64,000 bases of DNA from Azolla caroliniana (taxonomy: Eukaryota > Plantae > Polypodiophyta): positions 14,446,001 to 14,510,000 of the forward strand of contig JBHGNT010000020.1 of assembly GCA_043228905.1 (NCBI GenBank). The letters run 5' to 3'. The position numbers and the translations under genes were made by a program. The notes beneath the pieces were generated by a model. The model did not search any database, had not been told where the DNA came from, and was given only the letters and a program-made list of their open reading frames with translations. Numbering within the stretch: position 1 is the first letter of the stretch; each line of letters begins with the position of its first letter. This document shows, one piece after another, positions 10,624 to 20,849 of this stretch.

Positions 10624-13405
10624 TTACGGAGAATCACTACTATAACTAATATACAATGACGATTCCTCCTCATCATCCTCGGATGTACCAATCAGTGCAT
10701 TATCTTCGTCATAAACCAAATGGTTTGACTCTAGATTATATGTAGCAGATCTCGTTTGCCTTTGACTCGAGCCACCTTGTAGACCTGGTAATTTTTCTTT
10801 TATTATATCTATTGTTGACTTCCTTAATCGTCCGGCTTTTGTAAGTGTGAAGTCGTACACGATGATATCCACATCAGAGATATCAAGCGTCGAGGTGTTA
10901 CGAATGTTTCGCTTCCTCTTCCTACCTCCCCTTCTTGTTTGGCATTCAATCATCTCCAATGTATACTTACCTGTAAAAGCATTTGCACTTCTAGTGTTGT
11001 ACCAATGAACATTTATAGACTTGATCGTGTTTTCTATTTCATGCATTAGCACTTCTAGAATTTTACCAACCCAAAATTGGTGGCCATGTGAGTTCTCATC
11101 AGCCGGCGTTGCAATCAACATCCCCGCGGTGAGCTCTTGCAAATTTCCTTGCCATCTAGCTTCGGTTGCTTTGGTCATCCTTGGTCCCACATAAATGTCT
11201 CTTTGTTGTGGACGGACCAAGCTGTCATTAATCGCATTTACTAGTCGCTCCGGACTTCTATTTACGCGATCATGTTGCAGCGACCATGTGAATGGCGTTT
11301 CCAAATTCCAATTATCAACAGATACACAATTGTCTATAATTTCTTTCTGATCACTATAAAATACATCCCACCATGACGTGTCTTGTTGTGCGGCATATTT
11401 CTTGGCGGCCTCAATATGTTTTCTTTTTTCTTCTAAGGCTTGGAGCCATGACCGTTTTTGTTCTAATACCAAGTCGCTCTGCAACTGTCCTTTCTTCTCA
11501 ATTGGCATTTGCTTAGCTCCATGGACAATTGTACTCGGCATACAAAGTAATAACTGGCAACCACCTTCAGGTTCCCATGTTGTAGAAGATGAATATTGTT
11601 TAGCATACAAAAGTGTAGAACCACTTATTCCATTTTTCTTTATCAAAAAAATGTGATTGAAACTTATATTGTTTAACTGAGCAAGCACTTTTAACATTCC
11701 CACCACCCCCATCTAATATATATCTCTTAAAGTCATATACCTCCTTCAAGTGTAACACTTTTGGGCGTGGTGTATATGCATCACAAATGACATCAAATAG
11801 TTTAGGTAAAGTGAAAGCATCATGCCGAGACAACTGTCTGGAGAATGTGCTAAACATCTGATCTATATGGTCATGTGTGTGGCCAACCAAAAGGAAATTG
11901 ACTTTCACTTTCCTAAACAATTCTAGGTTGACCAACATACTTAGATAACCAAATACAGTTGAATTTTTGTTCTCTCTAGCAGTATTGTCCAATTGAATGT
12001 ATAGAACAGGGGGGAAAGGTTGTCCCCAGGACATCAAAACTCGGTGAATCACTGTAACTGTTAGGTTAGGGTCATTGTGAACATTGGGGTAAGTAATGAA
12101 GACGTGAGGTCGAACAGACCTATTATAAGCCAAGCATCCCACCAAGTGCATTTGAACAAGGCACTCATCATTGACATCTTTGGGGAGCCTCCGCATATGC
12201 GGCAAGCATGTCTTCTTCTGGTCCATGCCATCTATCATTAAGCACATGTATTGTTTAGGCCTCTTCAAACACTTCTCTCTATGATGCATCGCCTTCCTTC
12301 GTTCTAAGGACTGTGCCTCACGATGCTCTTGTAGTAACTTCTTACTCGTATCCTTTTCCATTGATGTCTTTGCACCTTTAGCCAAACTTTTAAGATTTGC
12401 ACAAATGGAGCAATAACCCATACGTACTTTACGAGGAATAATAACATTTGAGAACCGAGCTCTCCATAATCTTGTGAATTGGCTATAGGTGATAGCCTTA
12501 TTACGTGAGCCCAGCATTTCAGATCGATAGACATCATAAACTTCCCGACGGGTATAATTATCAGAAAGATGCATCCTACCTGTAGTGGGCATTACTTCAC
12601 AATTTAACTGAAAGTAAGTTTTCATCCAGCCAATAGCTAGTCTTCCAATTGCACCTTTCATACTTGGAACCTCTTTACAATTGAGCATCTGATCCCCGCT
12701 AAGTAGACGTTGTTGTACTCTATGTAGCCGCATGTTACTAACACATAACACAATTTTGAATGCAACTCTACATATCTGTTGCGCATGGAAGATATAATAC
12801 TCAAATGATACTTTGATCCCCGTACATTTGTCAGATACTAGTTGCATATGTGATCCGAGGTAAGTGTCTTGCTCATCACCGGTCATCGAAAAATAGTATC
12901 GCCTTAATTCTCGCAACTTTGATTTTCCAATCATAGACATACAACCACGGGCACAACATATTTTGTTGACATCAAATCCAATCTGTTTATCTGATGTCAC
13001 CAAGCTAAATCTAGCCAGACGAATTCTTCGTGGGATTCTTCTAATATGCATAGGGCTCCCAGATTTCTCTTCCTGCATAGAGGTTGGTGTAACCTTGTTA
13101 CAGTCTAATTCTCTGTTCTGACCATCGCCAATGTTATTCAATGTTTCCTGGGCACTTCCTTCATTCTCGGTATCTTTATTAATATTGTATTCTTCAATAG
13201 AGAACTCTTCACATGTGTCATTATTTACATTCCCTGTAGATGAGCTCAGACAATATTCTTCGATAGAATATGGTGAGTCGGTCGAAAGACAATATTCTTC
13301 AATCGAATATGGTGACTCTGTTGACAAACAATACTCTTCAGTAGAAAACGATGGGTCTGATGACAAACAATATTCTTCAATCGAGAACGGTGAATCTTCA
13401 CTCAT
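10624..13405 (-). pseudogene. Sola-like / DUF7869-type DDD transposase (~927 aa) with one frameshift near 11700-11712
   Basis: ORFs 11600-13405 and 10624-11712 overlap in different frames. Motifs: CC-x3-C, ICRVAF, CSIC..H..H, MIDGMDQ, QLDNTARENKN, FLLVGHTHDHIDQMFS. C-terminal FWVGKI...VHWY module. N-terminal 13-aa SIEEYCLS repeats. Confidence 0.75.
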
Positions 13406-14227
13406 GGCTTAAGGTCTAGATAGGGCTCTCTAAGTTATACTCCTCTCTAACCATATACTCCTCCCTAAACATAAACTTCTCTCTAAACAAAAGCCAAATC
13501 AATAGAATGTCTATATTATGTAATATTCTATTAATACAATACATCTAAAAATTATTTTTAATAAAGTAATTTAACTTAAATTATCAATCATTATATAAAC
13601 TAGATCTAAATGATGTTAAATCAAGTAAAATATAAAACTAATCATTAACAAGCCTTGAATATGTTGGATTAATGTTAAAATCATTGGCTAATTAATGACA
13701 CCCATTTTGATATAGAACGTCTCACTCATTGGTTCTTTAATGCTCACCATTTTAAATATTAGACTTATCAATCATTGGTTAATTCATGCCCACATCTTTA
13801 ATACATAACATTTGAGAGTCATAAAAATTGTTGCTTTTAGTAATCAATCATTGGTACATTCATGAACCTCTATCATTGTCTCCTTCATAACCTTTGAAGT
13901 GATTGTAGGTTGTTATGAGTATAAAAGATTGATCAATATGTTAGTTTGACTTTATAATCATTAATACAATCATAAGTTACTATAGTTAATGTGACTATGG
14001 TTACAAACTAACTATCCTCAAAGTTACCAACATTGGTTAAGGTGACTATGGTTACTTTAACCATGGGTTCAATCCCTATAAATAGGAAGACCTCATCATA
14101 TTTCACGCACCAGAGCGTACAGAGCGTACAGAGCACACAGAACGCAGAGATCACACAGAGCACACAAAGCACTCAGAGCACAAAGCACGAAAGCGCGATC
14201 TCCGCCTCCACTTCAACACGATCAACC
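13406..14227. promoter_or_regulatory. Putative bidirectional promoter between the transposase and MTase genes
   Basis: AT-rich. Repeated (A/C)TCATTGG boxes at ~13679, 13725, 13771 and 13846. TATAAATA at ~14077, followed by a CAGAGC-repeat 5' UTR and ATG at 14228. Confidence 0.5.
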
Positions 14228-17200
14228 ATGTCTTCCAAGAGAATCGAGCGCGAGGAGTCCAGGTAGGCCTCTGACACTGTGGACATTTTTGTAAATATGT
14301 TTCGTTTCTCAAGAACTCGATACGGCGTATCGAGTTCATGTTTAAAGTGTAGGTTTTATACACGAACTCGATACGCCGTATCGAGTTCGTGTTTAAAGTT
14401 TGAATTTTAAACACAAACTCGATACGGCGTATCGAGTTTGTGTTTAAAGTATAGGGTTTAAACACGAACTCGATACGCCGTATCGAGTTCGTGTTTAAAG
14501 TGTAGGTTTTAAACACGAACTCGATACGCCGTATCGAGTTCGTGTTTAAAGTTTGAATTTTAAACACGAACTCGATACGCCGTATCGAGTTCGTGTTTAA
14601 AGTGTAGCCTTTGAGAGAGAAAAATCGTTTACGGGGTGGAAATGATATCAAATTGTCTGGCAAAATCAGTCTTTTTTATGTTGACTTTACTTACTTTTAA
14701 ACAAATACATGCTCTAATTATAGGTGTTTTATGACCTACTTTAGCTTAAAATAGTAGAAAATGATCTACAAATTGCCTACACTATGGCAAATTCTCCTCA
14801 ATATAGGTTTAGAATCTATATAAGTCATACCTACTATTTAAAAGAATATATAACCCGTTTTACTTATTACGATATATATTTTCTAGGTTGAATAGCCCTG
14901 CCTATAATAGATTTTTGAATATGTTACTGCTCCTGGAAACTGTTCTTCATTATAATAACAACTTCAATCTACGTGACTGTCTAACTTATGTTTTTGCATA
15001 TACTTTCTTAAATAGGTCGTTTGAGAACCTGTCAGACCGACCCGTGAAAAAAATTAAGCTTCGCATACAAGGTTCTCCAATCGAAGCCCAGACCAAGGTA
15101 ACTCCGGAGACCATGAAGAGAGGAAAAAAGCTTCTCTTTAACGAAGAGACAAAATCTCAGCCACATAGTGATGTAAGCCAAAAGAAACTTGTCGCCGCTA
15201 CTGGAGGCGAAGACCTTCCTGACCGAGATCTAACGGACAAGGAATGGTGTATGCAATATGTCGACTCAAAGAAAAAAGTCGTATTGTATACAGCAAAGAA
15301 GAAGGGTGAGGGGCAGCTAGGAAAAGAAACTCCATTTATGTATGGCCGAATTCTACGATTTGACTACGAAGATGCAGATTCGGCCAACATACTGGTAATG
15401 ATAGAGTGCTCCAAGGGGGTACGCAAAGTGTTCCTTTCAGAAGACCTTTTAGTAAAGGAATCTTGTGGGCCTGAAGTGTTCAAAAAAGCACTTGATAACT
15501 CACAAAACCTGATTGTTACCTTGAGGCCTTATATACAAGGCCATGTAACTCTAAGAGATGAAGAGCCCTCCCACTTGAAGGCCACTAAAAAGGTATCCAA
15601 AGTCCAGTCAAGACCAGCCAAGAAGAAGACAACGAAAATGTCGGATACGGATTCGACAAGTGAAAATGAAGAAGAGGATAATAAGGGGACGCCAGGAGCC
15701 GAGCTGGCCTTGGGTGTCTTGTCATCCGAGCAGAATAAAATAAGGAGAGAGTTAATGCAACGGAAGCTGGTCAGGAAAGGGCAAGTATTTAATTTGCCTA
15801 TAACACACATCCATCGGCCCCCTATTGATGAAAAAACAGGTCGAAGACCACTTGAGATTAGAGAGCCTCATCGCATGCATGTTCAAAATCTCAAGAAAAA
15901 AATGAAAATTAATCCTCATGCCACAGTGGTGCCTTTTATTGTTATGGTGGATCCTGAAGAATGTGAAACCATTGAAGATTTTGATATCAGAAAGCATGAT
16001 CAATATAATTATTTTGTCATTGGTGGATCGCATTCAGCAGAGGCACGTCGGCAACTTGTGAGAGAACATCCAACCACTTTCTTCTTCAAGTATGCCGAGT
16101 GCAAAATTTATGTTGGGCTCACAACCGAAGAGGCCAAGCTGTTGGCATGGGACAATAATAATGATAATGACTATAGGTAGAAAATGTCGTCTATTGAGCG
16201 TGTACGGTTCTTCCACCACGAGTATTTAGATGTGAAACAAAAGTTTGGTGTGAAGTTACATCCAGGCCTTCGACATCAATGTCTGCATGAAGTCGGCATT
16301 GTGGTAGATGATAATGTTAGGTCCGATGGTCTTCGAAAGTATGAATCTTGGTTTCAATTGGCGTTTAGAGATGGAGAAGTATGGGACCTCCAAGATGAAA
16401 TATTCTCAATGTGGGAGAATAAGGAGGTAAAGGGTCAACGACAAAAGAAATGTAGGGTTGACCCTCAACTAGAATTAAAGTCACAAGCCGCCAAGAAAAT
16501 TGACTTGACAATTGAAGAAGCGGCAGACGACATGAAGCTGTCTCTATGGAGAGCGATGCAAGGTATTAAGGACGAGCAGCTTCTTGTGTCGGTTTTGTCA
16601 AGGGTTGTGGCGAAAGATTTAAGCCTTGAAGAAATGGTCACTGAGTTCAATAAGTAAGTCTTTCAAATACTGAAATTGTAGTCTATCTGGTGTAATTCAA
16701 AGTTCTAATCTTGATTTCTAATTTTACAGTCATAAGGTGTACATGAAGATCCAAGAAGTAATGATGAAACAACTTGGATGTATAACTTGGGAACAAGTGA
16801 CTGAGGATTATCCTCTAACGTCTTCGTATAAGGCGTTATCAGAGTATTTTATTGCATTCAAGGATTGGGTTAGTATTCATGTTTTTTCATTACCCTTTCA
16901 TCATATGTAGAGCTTGTATAATAATACCTGATGTCCTATTGCTTCTATTAGAAACCGTGTCGAGGCAAGAAACAAGGAGAAGTTAAGGATATACACGATT
17001 TCCCTACATCCTTCCTTGCACATCTCGAGCGAGCCAGAAAAGAAAAGGATCGTCGTTTAGTCAAGGCGTACGAAATGGAGGAAGATGGCTTGTTTAAAAA
17101 TTTTAGCCACAAAAAAGATATTACGAGAGATCTTTACTACAATGTGGTTTGCGGTGATGTCATCGACTTGATCCAGAAGGTGCCAAAGAAGGAATATACG

Positions 17201-18240
17201 CTAATGATTGCGGATATTCCTTACGGATTTCGAATGGCTGGGTCATCATACGACGATGAACCGTTTAGGTTTAAACAATTGGAGAAGATGGTCAAGGATT
17301 TTGCTGACCTAACGACCGCATCCTTGTGGCGAATAGTTGTCTTTCATAGTATGGACCAAGGGTACTCGGTAGCTCAAGCTTTGAGATCTCGTTGCCATGG
17401 CATCGAGAACCTTGCATGGTAAGGATTATTTATAGGTGTCTTTCATTATATTGCAATTCTTAAGGTTGTTGAATCTATTCTTAACTCGATGAATTATTTT
17501 TTATAGGATCAAGACCAATGTAAATAGAGGGCCAACTTTTCGGTTCGTTAATGCCATTGAATACATAACGGTTGGCTACTTCGATGAAATTAAAAAACAG
17601 AGAATCAAAGAGCATTCTAATGAAGTGGGAGGTTCAAATTTGTTGGTATATCCAGCAGTGACTCGAAAATTGCGACATGTCACCACGACAGAACGGGGAC
17701 TTGTCAACCCATACCAAAAACCTCAACGACTTATGATGCGCTTGATCGAGATGTTTTCTGTCGAAGGAGACTGGATATTAGATCTCTTTTCTGGCACAGG
17801 TATTCCTCGAACTAGGGTAACGATCTTGAGATAACCAATCACTTTTTTTCGTTTGACAACTAAATCTTCTTGTTACTTACATCATAGGAACTACGTCAGC
17901 ATGTGCATTGAAGCTGTTTAGAAATACAGTTGCATTGGAGAAGGACGAGGACCAAGTTATATTTATTAATATGCGGATTAAGGCTTTGTGGGAGTGCCCA
18001 GACCAGGATGAGGAGGTCGGTGCAAAGAACCTCGCCAATACAGAAAGGTTTCAACCTGCTTCGCGAGAGCCTATTCCTCCGTTAGCCGGCGAACCGGGGG
18101 AGCTAATAGAGCTTGATGATGAGCTTATAGAAGATATTTCGTTGGCTCGGCTAACAGGGGAAACCAATGCACGTATAGCCGAAGACAGTTCTACACAAGA
18201 TGATGAAGAAAATGACGTTGATGAATTGATTGCTATGTAA
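14228..18240 (+). CDS. ParB/Srx-like domain fused to a beta-class N6-adenine/N4-cytosine DNA methyltransferase; six exons, ~974 aa, one internal TAG at 16178-16180
   Basis: Exons 14228-14262, 15016-16653, 16730-16868, 16952-17418, 17507-17799 and 17888-18240; all introns GT-AG and phase-consistent, total 2925 nt. ParB-like IREP..HVQNL...YFVIGGSHSAEA...EEAKLLAWDNN. MTase CGDVIDLI...LMIADIPYG (motif IV), W-I-K, NPYQKP..LM..LI, WILDLFSGTGTT (motif I), ALEKD. Confidence 0.85.
14313..14601. repeat. Array of six palindromes (consensus TTTAAACACGAACTCGATACG-S-CGTATCGAGTTCGTGTTTAAA), 51-bp period, in intron 1 of the MTase gene
   Basis: Centres at 14325, 14376, 14427, 14478, 14529 and 14580. The 8-nt spacers are GTGTAGGT, GTTTGAAT, GTATAGGG, GTGTAGGT, GTTTGAAT. 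Confidence 0.95.
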
Positions 18241-19634
18241 TAGACTCTATAAAGAATATGACACTGACGATTTGTTAAGATCTCACATTATTAATACAAA
18301 TTTTGGGTTTTACCTAGTTGATTCTATTCTTTATAATCATCTATATGTTTCAATTTTATTTTTATATACTTGATTAGTAGATTTATGATATTGGTTTCAC
18401 CGCGTGCATAGCTGACTACCAAACTTATGGAGAAACATGAACTAGATTCAATGGAGGCTGATTTTGGTCCAAGCTAACCTTAACAGAACATGGCCCTATA
18501 ATTATTGCCATGACTGTCCATGTTGTTATTTTGGATCTTTGTCTTATATTGTTAAAACTATTATGTTTCTATTCCATTGCTGCTTAGATTGTGTAGTGTG
18601 TTGATAATGGTTCCAGTTGCGTTATCGTTCGGAGTTTGATCTTGTGTGAATCACCTAAGCAATAGAGTAGATCAATTTTAAATACAGGTATGAAAGCCTA
18701 ATAGGTTTCTTATTTCCACGACATTATCCTAAAGTTCACTGCCTTACATTGTGCACAATTATATACACATATGGTTTGATCCCATATGAACAAACTGAGG
18801 AATAGATTAGATCAACTTTTAATATAAGTATTGAATACTTTAATAAGTTAGTTATTCCAATCACTTATCCTAATGTGCACTATCCTACATTTTCCACAAT
18901 TACATACATGCACGTATGGGTCAAAGTATAAATTATATCTCATTTTATTAGTATGGATACAAGTACACCTCATATTTTTGTAAAACCTACCTAATTAATA
19001 TAAGTCTTTAAGTTAGTGTTTCCCTTGTCGCACAATAGTGCCATATTGAGCCATAGTTGAACTTTATTTAGATACATTAACTTATCAACATGTCTAAACT
19101 TGCATGATTTCTAATGATCTCCACTCGTAGATCTATCATGTATTTTTATATTTGCAAATTCTTATCAAGTTGAGGAACATGTGATACTAGTGCATCCAAT
19201 TATTGTAGAGAGGGTGTATTTTCTTCGTTTTAAGAAGATTCTACAAGTGGAATGCGCAATCCTTCCACTTGTGAACACGAACGTGTTTACCAACAACAAG
19301 AACATAACATAATAGTCTGGTCCAAAAATAACAAATCATATACTTGTCATCATAGAATTACTAAATCTCGACTCGCAAATGAATTTGGAGAAAAAAGGAA
19401 CAACAATTTCAACAACATCAACAAAAAGAACAAGAACATGACATAGTAGTCCAGATCAAGAACAATTTAAGCACTTCTTGGACATGTCATCACAACAGTA
19501 CTAAATGAGGCACCCTTTTCCAAGCCTCATCAAGTGCAAGATTCATATCTCAGCTCGTAGATTAACACTGGAGAAAACAAGAACAATAACAACAAGAACA
19601 AGAACAAGCAGAATAGATAGAACAAGAGCAAGAA

Positions 19635-20135
19635 CATCACCAAACATACTCAACAAGAACATGCTAAGGAACATAACATAGATATAAGACCATATCATCA
19701 TAGCACCCTTTTCCATTTGTGAACATGTACAAGACTCAACCATATACATGTTACAAGACTCTCAAATGAACACATTTGAAAAACAAGATGACAAACATAC
19801 TCAACAAGAACATGTTGAGGAAGATAACATATAAAACATCATATCATCATAATGCCCCCTTACCATATGTGAACATGTACAAGACTCAACCATATTTTTG
19901 TACTAGACTCTCAAATGAATACATTTGAAAAACAAGACAAATGAAGAGCAGGAACAACAACAAACATGCTCAACAAGAACATGTTGAGGAAGATAATATA
20001 TAAATAGCATCATATAATCACAACACCCCCTTACCATAAGGAGCATGTCCAAGACTCAAGCATATTTGTACACAAGACTCTCAAATGAGCACATTTGAAA
20101 AACTAGACATAACAAGAAAATTTGCAAACAACATC
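19635..20135. repeat. Three ~150-170 bp tandem repeats
   Basis: AACATACTCAACAAGAACATG...CATGTACAAGACTCAACCATAT...GACTCTCAAATGA.CACATTTGAAAAAC recurs at ~19643, 19794 and 19962. Confidence 0.85.
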
Positions 20136-20629
20136 AACAAGAATATACCTCTTCTCGGATAGTTGAAACTTCTCAATAAATATGCGGTAGAGTCACAAGT
20201 GTTTTGCCCACAACTTGTTGTAGATCATGCAACAAAACCCACAATAGGAGGAAACCTAGATTTTGTGTTGTTTGAAGAGGTTGTTGCATGTTTGTTGTAG
20301 AAGGGTCACAACAAGGACATCGAGCAGAGATGGTATGAACACAATGAGCAAAGGGGACAAGGTGAGCAAAGAATGCCTGATACACTGTAGAGGGATCACA
20401 ACAACAACAAAGAGTAGAGAACTCTTGTTTGCTCTGGATGATGTGACACAACAAGAAACAATGATTAGAGATGGTGGGGACATAGTGAGCAAAGGGGACA
20501 GAGTAAGCAGAGAGCTCCTTGAGGTTGCAGAAGGGTCAAAGTGAACACAGAACGTTGTTGTTGCCTTTAGGCACAGATGGTCTAAAGCGTTGCCACAACT
20601 TGAACACTTGTGAATGCAAGAGAAGCAAA

Positions 20630-20840
20630 TAGAGATCTGAGAGAGAGAGATAGAGAGATAGAGAGATAGAGAGATAGAGAGATAGAGAGATAAAGAGATA
20701 AAGAGATAAAGAGAGATCCCAAGAGAGGTAGGGAGACAGAGAGATGGAGAGACAAAGAGAGAGATTTGAGAGAGAGTGTGTGTGTGAGAGAGAGAGAGAC
20801 TGAGAGACTGATCTGAGAGAGAAAGAAAGAACGAAAGAGA
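20630..20840. repeat. Degenerate GA/GATA microsatellite
   Basis: (GAGA)n and (GATAGAGA)n tracts. Confidence 0.9.
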
Positions 20841-20849
20841 TATTAACGT

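Noticed and set aside
14313-14601. CRISPR array
   Set aside because: Spacers are only 8 nt and recur, there are no cas genes, and the array lies in a spliceosomal intron.
14151-14663. 170-aa minus-strand ORF with 17-aa repeats
   Set aside because: A by-product of the 51-bp palindrome array, antisense to intron 1.
14888-15015. N-terminus of the 430-aa ORF as the true start
   Set aside because: It has a TTG start and intron-like composition. The AG at 15014-15015 joins exon 1 (ATG 14228) in phase.
16170-16190. Intron donor at AG|GTAG removing the TAG stop
   Set aside because: The frame continues directly after the TAG with protein-like sequence and there is no nearby acceptor. A point nonsense mutation is simpler, though not proven.
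14228-18240. Bacterial contamination explaining the methyltransferase
   Set aside because: The gene has five GT-AG introns and is contiguous with plant retrotransposons.
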